This document shows, piece by piece, positions 9,689 to 20,956 of a stretch of 64,000 nt of DNA. The notes beneath the pieces were generated by a model. It saw only the letters and a list, made by a program, of their open reading frames with translations. It did no database searches and was not told the DNA's origin. Made by a program: the position numbers and the translations under genes. The stretch's first letter is position 1; every line of letters starts with the position of its first letter. Origin of the DNA: an uncultured Gammaproteobacteria bacterium (GTDB lineage: Bacteria > Patescibacteriota > Patescibacteriia > UBA9934); contig CAZTKG010000004.1 of assembly GCA_964613815.1 (NCBI GenBank), positions 25,892 to 89,891 of the forward strand, in the 5' to 3' direction.

Positions 9689-12019
9689 TTATTCTACAGG
9701 CTCAATCGGTTCAATATCATCAACCACATCATCACCAGCTCGCAATCGATCAAGCCGCTGCAAAACCGCCGTATCATCCGGATTCAACGTCTGCACAACC
9801 TCAACCTCCGCAATCGCTCGATCAATATCCCCACGATCTTCATAAATAGAAGAAAGATACCACCGCGCATTACTATAATACGGAGAAATCTCAATCACCC
9901 GCACAAACTCAGCCTCAGCCTCATCAACCTTTCCTTGCTGTAAATACAGAAGCCCAAGCTGGAACCCAACCCCAACATCCTGAGGATTCGCAAGGCGCAA
10001 CGTTTCAAGTCGAGAAACCGCCTCCGAAAGATTTCCCTGCCGAGAATAAGCAAGGGCTAAATAATAAAACGCAGGAGCATAATCCCCCTTCAATGCAAGC
10101 GCACTACCCAAAACCTCAACCGCCCGATCAAGCGCAGCTCCTCGCTCTTCAATTGCCCCTCGAGCAAAATCCTCATCCTCACTCGTCGCATAAACCGCAA
10201 GCTGATCAGCACGAATCAAATGCGCCCGCCCAAGCGCAACATAATACTTCGGATTCTGCGGAGAAAGCGCCACCGCCTCCTCATAAGCCGCGATAGCAAA
10301 CAAATCAGCATCAGCAACCACACTCGCAACATCTCGATAAACATCTCCAAGCGTGGACCAGTTCACGACATTATTAGGCGAAAGCTCCACACTTTTCTGC
10401 CCAGAAGAAATCGCAAGACCCACGACATCACGAAGCACATTCGGAGCCATCACCCCTTCCGAAACTTCCGTCGCGGCAAGTAAGTACGCGTGACTCAAAT
10501 TCCGATAATACGCATCATTCCATCGATTAAACCGAACCGCATCCTGCAAATAAGCAATAACCTCTTCCTTCTCAGCTCCTGCACTATCCGCACTAATCGC
10601 TCGAGCAAAAGAAATTTCCGCCGCATAACGAGAACTCGTCATAAACAAAAGCGTCACCACCCCAACCGACACGATCATAAATCCAAGCGATACGCCAAGT
10701 GCCATGCGAGGACTCCGTCTAAAGGCAATCACACGCTCCTTAGCAGGCAACCGACTCATCAAAAACGCAGACAAAAACCAAAACACAAACCCGAGCGTCA
10801 AATTCGAAGAATAGACAACCATCGCAAACATCAAAACCGCCCACCCGGAAAGCCCAATAACCGCAAGCATCCACTCCCGATCATCCCGCTCCCGAAACAC
10901 ATGCATAAGCGTCTCCCCAAGCAAAAATCCAACAAACAACAAAAACAACCCAACACCAACAATTCCCATCGTAGAAACAAGCGTGAACAAATGACTCACA
11001 CTCCGATCAAACCGCACATCCCAAAGCGCGGTAGAATTCACCTCCGCCACATGATGCTTCGCATAATCAATCACATACGTCCCAGGTCCAGACCCAAACA
11101 GCCATCCAAAGTCTCGAAGCGATTCCTCAGCAACATGCCAACTAGCTCCATAAGAAGGCGAAACCTCCGCCGGAAGCACTCCAGAAAGCGGCGAATCAAT
11201 AAACAAAAACAAAAGTGAAACAACAAACAGCACCATCACCGCCACAAGCCGACGAACCTCATCAAACACCCGCGGACGAATAAACCCAAACACGAACATA
11301 CACCCAAGACCAACAAGCACACTCATCCAAACAACCCAATAATCAAGCGCAAGCGCAACCAAAACAAACCCCAAAATCGAAATCCACATCAACCCTTTCT
11401 GCAAAACCCCCTTCCATCCCTCCGCAACTAAAACACCAACAGAATCATCACGAGACAAAACAAACACACCTCCAGCAATCACCGCCATGCAACCCAAATA
11501 CAACCCAAGCGCATGCGGTGTTCCAATCAAATTAAAAACTTCACCGCCAGAAAACACACCAAAAATCGAAACCAATCCAACGATTCCCGCGCCTCCAAAC
11601 AACGACCCAAAAAACGGCACCAAACTCTCCTCATCCCGAAGCATCCGAGCACCAACCAAAAACACCACCAAATAAGCAGCGATCGTCAAAAAACTCGTAT
11701 ATTCCTGCATCCCCTGACCAATAAAACTCGTCACCGGAGCAAGAGAAAATAACGAAGAAATCAAAACTCCAAGCCCAAACAACTTCGCAAGAACAATCAA
11801 ATTCAATTTCCAAACCCGAACCTTCTTCTCCAAAACCGACCCAGCCAAACTCCCGAGAAGTGCAAACAATCCAAAAACAAGCAAAACCGTCTGCTTATTA
11901 ATCTCCAAAGGATCCGTCGTCCAAGGCAAGTAAACAATTGGAATCAAAAAAACCAAAACAAAAATCGAATACCGCGAAAGAGAAGCAAAAAGCCTCTCAA
12001 AAGAAACACGAGTGTTCAT
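9689..12019 (-). CDS. O-antigen ligase-like membrane protein with C-terminal TPR repeats
   Basis: Multiple TM helices, LFGSGPGTY motif, TPRs (APAFYYLALAY, QLGLLYLQQG). Confidence 0.8.
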   Translation of the reverse strand: MNTRVSFERLFASLSRYSIFVLVFLIPIVYLPWTTDPLEINKQTVLLVFGLFALLGSLAGSVLEKKVRVWKLNLIVLAKLFGLGVLISSLFSLAPVTSFIGQGMQEYTSFLTIAAYLVVFLVGARMLRDEESLVPFFGSLFGGAGIVGLVSIFGVFSGGEVFNLIGTPHALGLYLGCMAVIAGGVFVLSRDDSVGVLVAEGWKGVLQKGLMWISILGFVLVALALDYWVVWMSVLVGLGCMFVFGFIRPRVFDEVRRLVAVMVLFVVSLLFLFIDSPLSGVLPAEVSPSYGASWHVAEESLRDFGWLFGSGPGTYVIDYAKHHVAEVNSTALWDVRFDRSVSHLFTLVSTMGIVGVGLFLLFVGFLLGETLMHVFRERDDREWMLAVIGLSGWAVLMFAMVVYSSNLTLGFVFWFLSAFLMSRLPAKERVIAFRRSPRMALGVSLGFMIVSVGVVTLLFMTSSRYAAEISFARAISADSAGAEKEEVIAYLQDAVRFNRWNDAYYRNLSHAYLLAATEVSEGVMAPNVLRDVVGLAISSGQKSVELSPNNVVNWSTLGDVYRDVASVVADADLFAIAAYEEAVALSPQNPKYYVALGRAHLIRADQLAVYATSEDEDFARGAIEERGAALDRAVEVLGSALALKGDYAPAFYYLALAYSRQGNLSEAVSRLETLRLANPQDVGVGFQLGLLYLQQGKVDEAEAEFVRVIEISPYYSNARWYLSSIYEDRGDIDRAIAEVEVVQTLNPDDTAVLQRLDRLRAGDDVVDDIEPIEPVE

Positions 12020-12039
12020 GTAAAAAATTACGAGCTAAT

Positions 12040-15000
12040 TTACAAAGCTATAGTAGCACCCTCATCAGAAACCTGCTCTACCTCATCAACAATCTCCGGA
12101 GCAAGAACCTCAATCACAGGCTCATCAGCACCTTCAGAATCAACATCTTCAACCACATCAACCTCCTCTTCTACAAGAATCTCCTCAACCTCAGAATCAA
12201 CCACAATCTGCCCATCATCAGAAACCTCATCTTGAACACCAACCTCTTCTACAGGCTCTTCTTCCAAAATCTCCTCAAGAACCTCAACCTCTTCAACCAT
12301 CTCTTCATCAACAATCTCCTCATCCGCCTCCGGATCAAACACCGGCGCATAATCCTTATGATAAGCCACAACCATCCAATCAACCTTCGCATCACTATCC
12401 GTCTCAACCTCCTGAATCACAAACCCTCCATTATCCCGATCCCGAACATACAACTGCCCAGTCACAGAATCCGCCGTCAAAAACACACGATAATCATGAA
12501 CATTAGAAATCACATCATTAAACAAAGGATCAACCCGATCAAAATCAACACGAGCAAATCCATCCTTCAAATCAGACGTCCCAGACAAACTCACCGTCGC
12601 CTCACGAGAAAGCGCAGCATAGGTCTCCACATCTTCCCCTTGATAAGACTCAACAATCTGCACAATCTGCCCTTCAGTCGTAAAGTTCCCATTCTCATCA
12701 ATCGCCCAAGAAGTCCCAATCCCACTAATCGACCCAACAGAAATCACAGAACCTCCAGCGACATTCATATCAGTCGTATTCAAATCCGCAACAGCAACCA
12801 CAGAAGAAACCGCACTCACATCATCATCCGCATCAAAATACGAAACACGCACAAAACTCACAATAGACCCTTCTCCACCCTCATGAGCCTCCATCGCATA
12901 TCCCAAAATCACCCCACTCTCCGTCGCCTTCATCGCATACCCAGCCTTCGAAGATGTCGTAATAGGATCCCCGACCGCAATCGCCCCATTCTCATCCGTC
13001 ACAAGCGTTGGCACACGCCCAGCAAGCGCCACGGCAAAATGCCCCTCAATGTTCTCACCAGCGACAAACCCCGGCCGCGTAGAAATCACACCAACCGACG
13101 CCTTGTCATACACATCCCCATCAGACCGTTTCACACTCTCATCACCCCCCGCAAACACCACAACCTCTCCAGCCTGCAAATCATCATCAGACGGGAACAT
13201 CTCCGCAAAATCATAAGACCCAGTTCCCCATCCACCAGCATTCGTCCGCATCAAATCACCACCAGGCCCAGAAGAACCATCATAATAAATATACTTATCC
13301 GTCTGCATCACGCCCCTATCAGACGGATACAACCGACCCGCAAGTGCCAAATCGCCAGACTGATTCACATACGCAACCTCACTCCCAGCCGTATCAAGAA
13401 CCGACAACCGATAATCAGAAACCGTATCCACCTGCACCAAAAGTCCCATATCAACATCCTGCACAACCGACCCATCAAAACCAGAACCACGAAGCGTAAA
13501 CAAATTCGAATCAACACCGACATCACCAGCACTCGCCATGCCAGATGAGGCAATCTGCAAGTCTGTCAAAATAGACGTCGCGCTACCATCCTCCACAATC
13601 ACATCAACCGCCTGCCACTTAGGCTGCACAAACACCATGATCGTCCCATCGCCGCTTGAATGACCTTCAAGCGCTCGCCCAAGAACATACCCAGCTCCAG
13701 TAGCCTTTCTAGCCACGCCAGCCTCACTCGCAAGCGCCAAATAATCACCAGCAACAATCGCCCCACCGTCATCCGTCACATTCACAGGAACTTGCCCCAA
13801 AAGCGCCACCGGAACCGCATCCCCATCCGCACGCCAACCATCACGCCAGTTACCCAAAACATTCGGGGCGATCGAAAGAGCTCCAATCACCCGATCTGCA
13901 TCAATCGCTTTCACAATTTGCCCAGCCGCATTAAGCGCAACCACATCCCCTTCTGCAAAATCAGCATAAACTCCAGGGAAAAGCTCCGCATAGTCACTAC
14001 CAGAACTCGCATTTGTCACACCTCCAGCCCCATCTCCCTCAACCGCACCAACCGTCGTCCCATTCCCATCCCGAAACAGAATAAAATCACAATCAGAACT
14101 AGGATTCGTATCTTCACAAGCCGAAATACTAATTCCATCCTGGTCACTCGTATCCCCATCATTCGAAAGCTCCATAATAAACGCATCCGTCTCGGCATTA
14201 ATATCCACCGCCGAACCATTCGAAGAAACAGCCTGGTTCACCTGAAGTCCAATCGCATCATTTCCCGTATTCTCCATATTCACAACCAAAGCAGTCGCAT
14301 TTCCATCCTGATTCAACCGCAACACAGAAGAATCAAACAAAGAATTGTCAGCCGTAAACGCAACAAGCGGCTCCTCAGAATCCCCATCTTCATTCGTATA
14401 AACCGTCAAACCGTAATCCTGATTCCCCGTATTTGTAATATGAAGCGCTCCCCCAGCCGTGTCATCAAACGTAGATCCTGTATTCCCATTCTGATCCACA
14501 AAAACACCACTACCCGTTCCAGAAGAAGCAATATGAACAACATGTCCACTCGCACTCGCATAATTCTGATCAACTTCCAAAATGCTAGAAGAATCCGTAA
14601 CCGTTCCCGCCGTAATAGCCATCGAATTCTCAAGACTCAAAATCGACCCTGTCACCGTCATCGTTTCACCACCAGCATTCATTCCAAGCGTTCGCGTAAT
14701 AGGAACCGTATCTCCACTAACCGTATGTGTCGTCGTATGTGTTCCGCTCTGATAAATCTCAAGCATCTTCGCAGAAGTATAATCAGCAGAAGAAGTCGTA
14801 ATCGACAAACCAATCCCGCTCGTCAACGCATCAACACTAAGCGACTGCCCAAATCCAGACATAACCGTATCCGCAAGAACATTAAACGCCGCACTATTCG
14901 TCACCCCAGACGTATACGTAATCTGAGAATCATCAGCAATCGTCAGTAAGTCACTCCCATTATCCTGAATCAAAAAGTCTCCAGTACTATCCAAATTAAA

Positions 15001-16641
15001 CGTAATATTATTCGTCCCCATCGCTAGCGAAGTAGAAGCATCCAAACTAAGCGTATCGCTTAACTCAGAAAAATCTAAACAATCCGTACAATACAAATCT
15101 CCAACCTCAACATCTCCCTCCACATAAAGATCACCCGCCCCAGTCGCATTCGTCGGCGAATCCGGAGTCGAATCAGCTTCAATATGAACTGCCGATCCAC
15201 TAAAATAACCTGCAAAATTAGCTGTCCCACCACTCGCTTGAGCAAAAACTCCATATCGATTTGTCCCCTCAGAAATAGCATCAAACCGCCCTCCATAAGC
15301 CGTTCCAATACTTCCACCACCCGATTCAACGCTACCCAAAACCCCAAAAGCACTCGTCAATGTTCCACTAGAAGTAACCGCAAGTCCCTCAAGTCCAGCT
15401 GCAGTCGTCACAATCCCAGAACCATCATGCATCGCAGATCCAATCACGCCACGCAAAGAATTCGCCGCATTTGATCCGGAGATACGACCAATCCCCTTAA
15501 ACCCAGTAAAATTGTAAACATTCCCATCCGGATCAACACTACTAGTCACATACACAAATCCTCCATAATCACTCCGATCATCAGTCAACGTACCAGTAAA
15601 TTCCCCAGAAGAATCTCCATCAATCAAAAACTGCGATTGAGAAGCCACCGGACTCGTCTGGTCAGTAAAAGCCGAAATCCCACCAAATTCAAGCCCCCCA
15701 CCAGTCAAAACCAACCGATCGTCCGTCGTGTACGTCAGCGTCCCTTCATCCGCATCAGAAGCATTAAGCACAATCACCGCATTCGCCGTCGACCCAGTCC
15801 CAACCTCAATCTGATTCGCGCTCACATCCACCGCAAACGCCGCACTCGCAACCGTAGACCCCCCAATCGCCAAATCATCTGTCGTGCTCGTCAAATAACT
15901 CACCGTCCCCCCATCAGTCCAAAGCAAATCCCCGCTATAAGCCACCGTCCCATCCGCATCCTGAAACGTAATCACCCGATCAGCCGTAGGATCCGTAAAC
16001 GTAAAACTCGTCTCAAAATCATCATCAGTAGCCCCTTCAAACACCAGAGGACTTCCATCCCCCATCACCGCTCCAGAAAAATCATAAACCCCCGTAGCCG
16101 TCTGCGTCCCATCAAGCTGCAACAAATTACTAGAATCAATCCCATCAACCGTCTCCGCATTGAGCGCATAAGGCGCCGCAAGCAGCTGCTTCCGCGGCGT
16201 CAACGTCTCACTCTCAATGTAAACCTGCAAATAAATCGCCGCATTATCGCCAAAAACACTATCCGCAATCGCCGCATAAGGACTCACATCCCCCGTATCA
16301 CCAAGCTGCTCAGAAAAAAGCCCATTCGTCAGCGTCACCGTCCGAGCAACAGTCGAGGCCGGCGTATTCGTGTCACAATTCGCAGAAGAGTTAGACCAAA
16401 CACACGTCCCCCCAGTCAAAGCATCATAAAGCTCAAACTTCATACTAGCCGTAGAACTAGCAATCGGCGTCGAATTCGTATTCAAAACCCGCCCCTGATA
16501 CCCAATAATATTCGGCGCACTAGCAGCACCCACAAAACCCGCCCCCTGCAACTGCACCCCAAACAAAAAAGCAACCAAAACAAGTATCGCAAACCCACTT
16601 GCGACCCGCCTTAGTCGATATAATAAAAACTCCTTTTCCAT
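12040..16641 (-). CDS. large acidic surface protein (1533 aa) with two repeated DxAE domains resembling Peptidase_G2/tail-fibre chaperones
   Basis: Signal peptide, IGYQGRV..APYALNA N-terminal motif; SDYAELF..GDVV..VALLGQVPV and YDFAEMF..GEVV..VALAGRVP repeats. Confidence 0.75.
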   Translation of the reverse strand: MEKEFLLYRLRRVASGFAILVLVAFLFGVQLQGAGFVGAASAPNIIGYQGRVLNTNSTPIASSTASMKFELYDALTGGTCVWSNSSANCDTNTPASTVARTVTLTNGLFSEQLGDTGDVSPYAAIADSVFGDNAAIYLQVYIESETLTPRKQLLAAPYALNAETVDGIDSSNLLQLDGTQTATGVYDFSGAVMGDGSPLVFEGATDDDFETSFTFTDPTADRVITFQDADGTVAYSGDLLWTDGGTVSYLTSTTDDLAIGGSTVASAAFAVDVSANQIEVGTGSTANAVIVLNASDADEGTLTYTTDDRLVLTGGGLEFGGISAFTDQTSPVASQSQFLIDGDSSGEFTGTLTDDRSDYGGFVYVTSSVDPDGNVYNFTGFKGIGRISGSNAANSLRGVIGSAMHDGSGIVTTAAGLEGLAVTSSGTLTSAFGVLGSVESGGGSIGTAYGGRFDAISEGTNRYGVFAQASGGTANFAGYFSGSAVHIEADSTPDSPTNATGAGDLYVEGDVEVGDLYCTDCLDFSELSDTLSLDASTSLAMGTNNITFNLDSTGDFLIQDNGSDLLTIADDSQITYTSGVTNSAAFNVLADTVMSGFGQSLSVDALTSGIGLSITTSSADYTSAKMLEIYQSGTHTTTHTVSGDTVPITRTLGMNAGGETMTVTGSILSLENSMAITAGTVTDSSSILEVDQNYASASGHVVHIASSGTGSGVFVDQNGNTGSTFDDTAGGALHITNTGNQDYGLTVYTNEDGDSEEPLVAFTADNSLFDSSVLRLNQDGNATALVVNMENTGNDAIGLQVNQAVSSNGSAVDINAETDAFIMELSNDGDTSDQDGISISACEDTNPSSDCDFILFRDGNGTTVGAVEGDGAGGVTNASSGSDYAELFPGVYADFAEGDVVALNAAGQIVKAIDADRVIGALSIAPNVLGNWRDGWRADGDAVPVALLGQVPVNVTDDGGAIVAGDYLALASEAGVARKATGAGYVLGRALEGHSSGDGTIMVFVQPKWQAVDVIVEDGSATSILTDLQIASSGMASAGDVGVDSNLFTLRGSGFDGSVVQDVDMGLLVQVDTVSDYRLSVLDTAGSEVAYVNQSGDLALAGRLYPSDRGVMQTDKYIYYDGSSGPGGDLMRTNAGGWGTGSYDFAEMFPSDDDLQAGEVVVFAGGDESVKRSDGDVYDKASVGVISTRPGFVAGENIEGHFAVALAGRVPTLVTDENGAIAVGDPITTSSKAGYAMKATESGVILGYAMEAHEGGEGSIVSFVRVSYFDADDDVSAVSSVVAVADLNTTDMNVAGGSVISVGSISGIGTSWAIDENGNFTTEGQIVQIVESYQGEDVETYAALSREATVSLSGTSDLKDGFARVDFDRVDPLFNDVISNVHDYRVFLTADSVTGQLYVRDRDNGGFVIQEVETDSDAKVDWMVVAYHKDYAPVFDPEADEEIVDEEMVEEVEVLEEILEEEPVEEVGVQDEVSDDGQIVVDSEVEEILVEEEVDVVEDVDSEGADEPVIEVLAPEIVDEVEQVSDEGATIAL

Positions 16642-16802
16642 AAGCTGAAATCTGGAAAGAAAAACTTCTACCCAGAAACCAACCTACAGACAAAATTATA
16701 TCACACACGCCCCATCAAGCACCGATAACTACACACATTGACAAACAAGCAAAATTATGCCAATATATTTCAGATTCAAACAAAGGAATCTCGGAGCCTA
16801 TC

Positions 16803-17042
16803 ATGCCCGCAAATCTCGAAAACATCTCCATCCGCACACACCATACAGCCGAATTAAACCACAGAGCATTCATTATCATAATGATGGCCATCCTGATGAC
16901 CGCCCTCATCGCACACCCACCGTTCACCGGCAAAGGAATTCCGCTCATGGCATGCGCTGCAATCTGCATCCTGAACTGCCTCAACTACGGATATCACAGA
17001 AGAGAGCTCAAAAAAGCCACCCCGGCCAACCATCCCGTCTAA
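16803..17042 (+). CDS. small membrane protein
   Basis: Own promoter (TTGACA 16738), GGAG RBS, two hydrophobic segments, terminator CTCGCCAACCAGCGAG-T run. Confidence 0.55.
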   Translation: MPANLENISIRTHHTAELNHRAFIIIMMAILMTALIAHPPFTGKGIPLMACAAICILNCLNYGYHRRELKKATPANHPV

Positions 17043-17110
17043 CTCGCCAACCAGCGAGTCATTTTTTTTCAAAACGCTTCTCAACTCTTCCACCCCTCCC
17101 CCTCTCTCTC

Positions 17111-17152
17111 CTTGATACAAAAGTGGTCCGTACGGACCACTTTTGTATCAAG
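17111..17152. repeat. 42-bp perfect palindrome CTTGATACAAAAGTGGTCCGTACGGACCACTTTTGTATCAAG
   Basis: Read directly; second copy at 20957-21004. Confidence 0.9.
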
Positions 17153-17171
17153 CAAAATATCAAAATCCCAA

Positions 17172-19859
17172 CTAAGCCCCACCTTTCTGCAACCGCACAT
17201 CCACCGAAATCGGCGCCGGCTCCGTATTCGCCGTGTAATCAATCGGCCGCACTTCTTTCTTTGCAAACCCAGGCTTCTCAAACGTCACATAATACTCATT
17301 CGGCCCCACAAAAAACGCATACCGCCCTTTCTTATCAGACAACGTCGTCTCAATAAGCTTATTAAACTTCGGCTCAAACAACCGAACCACCGCATCCTTA
17401 ACCGGCTTCTTCTCCCCAGCCCAAACCATCCCCCACCCACGCTTCTGCTTCGGCCGAATCAAGTAAAACGTCACCCCCAAAACCCCAACCTGGAACCCAA
17501 ACAACAACTGTGTCACGAGCGTCGGATCAACAAACAACACAAATCCACTCAATCCCAATCCCGTCACCGAAACAACGTACTGAAGCACCCGCATAAACCG
17601 CTTCAAAGAAGCCTTCCGAGACCCAACGGCCCCCTCAACCTGCGCCGGATCAACAGGAATATTCGCCGCAATCACCGCATTCGCATCTGTCACCTCAACT
17701 TCTCCCCCATCATAAACATCCAAATACTGCCCATCCGCCTTCCGTCCCTTCACATACGCAGACGGCGAACGAAACCCTTGCTTCAAAACCTCCATCCGAT
17801 ACCGCCCATTATCAACCTTAAAGAAATACCGCCCCTCCTGATCTGTCACCATCGTTTTCACCAACTTCCCATCCGCGACATTAAACAACCGAACAATAGC
17901 CAAATCCACCGGCATCTTCGTCATCGAGTTGTACACGAGCCCAAACGTCTTCCGCTTCCGCCGAGCAAAAAACAAAATCGGTGACGTGAAGAAATATTGC
18001 AAAAATGGAAGCAATTGGAACGAACTCGTCAAAACAACCGCGCTCCCCACAGACGTCGCCACAACAACCGGCGTAGAAACCGTCGCCGCCACTTGAACCT
18101 CCGGCACCTCCCGAATCTCCTCAACAATCTGAGCCACATCATCAACAATTTCCTCAACAACCGCTACAGCAGCCTCCGGCACAATCACCTCCGCGATAGG
18201 CAAAGCCTCCGTAATCGCCTCAAAAACCGCCCCAACAACATCCTGCTCCACCATCTTAATCCGCGGCGCCAAAACCCCATGCGTCACCCGAATTTCAACC
18301 GAAGCATCATCAAAATCCACCTTCCCAGCCGTCACCCTATAAAGCCCATCAGGGACATACCAACCAACACCCCCACCAGAACTCGTCATCACAGGATTCG
18401 CTTGCCCATCAATCGCAACCCAAGGCGTCCAACTCCCGCCTTCATACACATATGCAATCACCGTAACCCCATCAAGCGGCTCCACCCCCTCTTCCCCATC
18501 AACATAAACAAGCCCTATCGAAGTTCGAATATCAAAATCCTCCGTCACCTGACGGCCATCATCAAACGCAACAACAACCTCCAAATCAAAACCAACATCA
18601 CCAATATCAATCGCCCCAACAAACGCCCCATCAACCTCCTCAAGCACAATCACCTCCCCGCCAGCCTCAACAACAGCCGAATCAACCTCATCCGCATCCT
18701 CCACCCGAACAACGACCTCAACCTCCCGCTCACCAAGAACATAAAAACTATCCCCCTCAGCATCAATAACGGCTTCACCAACAATCAAATCAACCCCTTC
18801 AATATCAACCCCATCAGAAGAACCACGAGATCCACCACCGTCAGACCCCCCAGATGATCCAGACGAACCTGAAGACCCTCCAGACGACCCACTCGACGAT
18901 CCAGACCCACTACTTCCACCCCCATCTCCGCTCCCACTATCACTACCAGACCCACCATCTGACCCCCCACCATCACCTCCGCCATCAGATCCACCAGAAT
19001 CCCCCCCACTTTCAGAACCTCCATCACTACCACCCCCCTCATCACCTCCACCCTCATCACCCGAATCGCCATCACCACCTTCATCAGAACCCTCACCATC
19101 ACCTTCTCCATCACCAGAATCCCCTTCATCCCCCGAATCACCTTCATCACCACTATCACCTTCTTCATCACCAGAATCATCACCAGAATCATCTCCAGAA
19201 TCATCACCATCACCACTATCACCATCCCCATCAGAATCACCGCCACCATCACCTCCTCCATCACCACCGACCCCACCTCCACCTCCGCCGCCACCGCTAG
19301 AAGGCACCGTAGCCGAAACCTGCCCATCATCATCACTCACCACAGGCACAGGTACCGTCCCAGAATCCCCAAAAGTCCCTGCCAACGCCAAATAATACGT
19401 CCCAATCGAAGAAGGATTCGTCACCTGATTCGACCCAGATCCGCTCGCCGTCGCATTCGCCCCAACCTCAATCGTCACCTCACTCGCAGCCGCCACCGCC
19501 CCACCGTCACCACTACACCAAGTCAGCGTCAGAACACTCGAAGCCATCACCACACTCACCGCCTCACTCCCGCTACAGTCCGCCGCCGTACTCAAATCCA
19601 CTCCATCGTCCGCCACATCAACATCATCCTCAACAACAGAACTCGTCGTAAATCCAGAAGGAAACGTCAACGTCAACGTCTCCCCTTCAGCAACCCCTCC
19701 AGGCGTCGTAAAAACAACCAAATGATTAGACCCCGTGCTCGTCTTAAGCGAACTCGGCCGATCATAAACACTCGTCACCGTCGCCGCCTCTACCCAAAAA
19801 CCGCTCATCGAAAAGCAAATGAGCAATGCAAAAATAAATGAAAACACCCTCCGCAACAT
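17172..19859 (-). CDS. surface protein with Gly/Asp/Ser linker and carboxypeptidase-regulatory-like (Ig) domains
   Basis: Signal peptide, GDSGD repeats, VDLAIVRLF..TDQEGRYFF repeats, TM segments. Confidence 0.8.
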   Translation of the reverse strand: MLRRVFSFIFALLICFSMSGFWVEAATVTSVYDRPSSLKTSTGSNHLVVFTTPGGVAEGETLTLTFPSGFTTSSVVEDDVDVADDGVDLSTAADCSGSEAVSVVMASSVLTLTWCSGDGGAVAAASEVTIEVGANATASGSGSNQVTNPSSIGTYYLALAGTFGDSGTVPVPVVSDDDGQVSATVPSSGGGGGGGGVGGDGGGDGGGDSDGDGDSGDGDDSGDDSGDDSGDEEGDSGDEGDSGDEGDSGDGEGDGEGSDEGGDGDSGDEGGGDEGGGSDGGSESGGDSGGSDGGGDGGGSDGGSGSDSGSGDGGGSSGSGSSSGSSGGSSGSSGSSGGSDGGGSRGSSDGVDIEGVDLIVGEAVIDAEGDSFYVLGEREVEVVVRVEDADEVDSAVVEAGGEVIVLEEVDGAFVGAIDIGDVGFDLEVVVAFDDGRQVTEDFDIRTSIGLVYVDGEEGVEPLDGVTVIAYVYEGGSWTPWVAIDGQANPVMTSSGGGVGWYVPDGLYRVTAGKVDFDDASVEIRVTHGVLAPRIKMVEQDVVGAVFEAITEALPIAEVIVPEAAVAVVEEIVDDVAQIVEEIREVPEVQVAATVSTPVVVATSVGSAVVLTSSFQLLPFLQYFFTSPILFFARRKRKTFGLVYNSMTKMPVDLAIVRLFNVADGKLVKTMVTDQEGRYFFKVDNGRYRMEVLKQGFRSPSAYVKGRKADGQYLDVYDGGEVEVTDANAVIAANIPVDPAQVEGAVGSRKASLKRFMRVLQYVVSVTGLGLSGFVLFVDPTLVTQLLFGFQVGVLGVTFYLIRPKQKRGWGMVWAGEKKPVKDAVVRLFEPKFNKLIETTLSDKKGRYAFFVGPNEYYVTFEKPGFAKKEVRPIDYTANTEPAPISVDVRLQKGGA

Positions 19860-19868
19860 GAATCTCCG

Positions 19869-20861
19869 TTATCGAGATTGAAAAAAACGCACACAAACGA
19901 TCGATCCTCCAAGTAAAACACTAATCAAAAGCAGTACACGCCACGGCACCATCACAATATGAATGGCATCAATCGGCATCACCGCTCCATCAATCGATGT
20001 CCGCAAATCAGGCTTAACACGAAACAGCCCAATCATACCAAGAGAAACTTCTCGCTTCAGCCCATCAAAAAACCCATCAGGACTCCCAGAAGCCTCCCCC
20101 TGCACCCATTGTAATCCGAATTCCCTCTCACCTCCAGGCAGAACCCGATGCAAATGTGCATTAAATGGAAGCCGCGCCCGTTCCTGACCAAACAAATTCT
20201 CTATCACAATAGTCCCATAAGGCTGCAAAACCTGCTCCCCAGAATTCCTCACATCAAGCAAAATATCAACCGGCTTCACAGATGTCATCACAGGCGTTGC
20301 CAAAAACTCCGTCACACCATACCCCTGCACCAACCGTTCCCCATCAATCGTCAAAAACACAAGCGGCATCACCCCAGACTGCACCGTCACTCCCCCTCCT
20401 CGTTCTTCAAGCTCCTCCACAATCTTCACCCCAAATGAATAAACCCCAGGCTGAACCCCCTCAAAAGGCCCCATCGCAACCAAAACCTCCGTTTCCTCAC
20501 CAGGGTCAAGAAAAAAAGCTTCAGTAGAAATCAAAATCTGCTCCAAAACCCCCTCCGGAAACTCCCCATCCATCAAATCCCCCCCAGCCAAAACCTCCGC
20601 AGCATCCACCGGCACCAAAGAAACCGTATAAACCCGAGAATACACAGAATTATTAGCAACAAAAAAAGACCGCTCCGCCCCAAACCCCTCTTCAACCTCC
20701 ACATCCTCCACAAGCGGAGATGCCGTAACAGCAAAACAAACATTAAAACCTGCAAAAAACAAAAAACAACTACCAAGCATCACAACAATCCCCAAACCAA
20801 ATCGCTCCAAAAAAACTGACATAAACATGCAAAAAGTATAACACGCTACGCTCAAACACAT
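19869..20861 (-). CDS. membrane-anchored hypothetical protein (DUF916/WxL-interacting-like); start codon uncertain
   Basis: Signal peptide, LDPGEE..V, VRNSGEQVLQPYG..VLPG, C-terminal TM. Confidence 0.6.
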   Translation of the reverse strand: MCLSVACYTFCMFMSVFLERFGLGIVVMLGSCFLFFAGFNVCFAVTASPLVEDVEVEEGFGAERSFFVANNSVYSRVYTVSLVPVDAAEVLAGGDLMDGEFPEGVLEQILISTEAFFLDPGEETEVLVAMGPFEGVQPGVYSFGVKIVEELEERGGGVTVQSGVMPLVFLTIDGERLVQGYGVTEFLATPVMTSVKPVDILLDVRNSGEQVLQPYGTIVIENLFGQERARLPFNAHLHRVLPGGEREFGLQWVQGEASGSPDGFFDGLKREVSLGMIGLFRVKPDLRTSIDGAVMPIDAIHIVMVPWRVLLLISVLLGGSIVCVRFFQSR

Positions 20862-20956
20862 TGATACAAAAATGGTCCGTACGGATCACGCCTCATACAA
20901 AGAGAAACTTTTATAAAAAACAAAAACGGTAAATATTGGCAAATATTATGAATATC

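Noticed and set aside
11938-18857. Long + strand ORFs antisense to the surface-protein genes (also 27112-28569 overlapping the RT in another frame and 34128-35402 antisense to polA)
   Set aside because: Shadow ORFs caused by strand skew and scarcity of stop codons; low-complexity Arg/His/Ile/Pro composition and no motifs.
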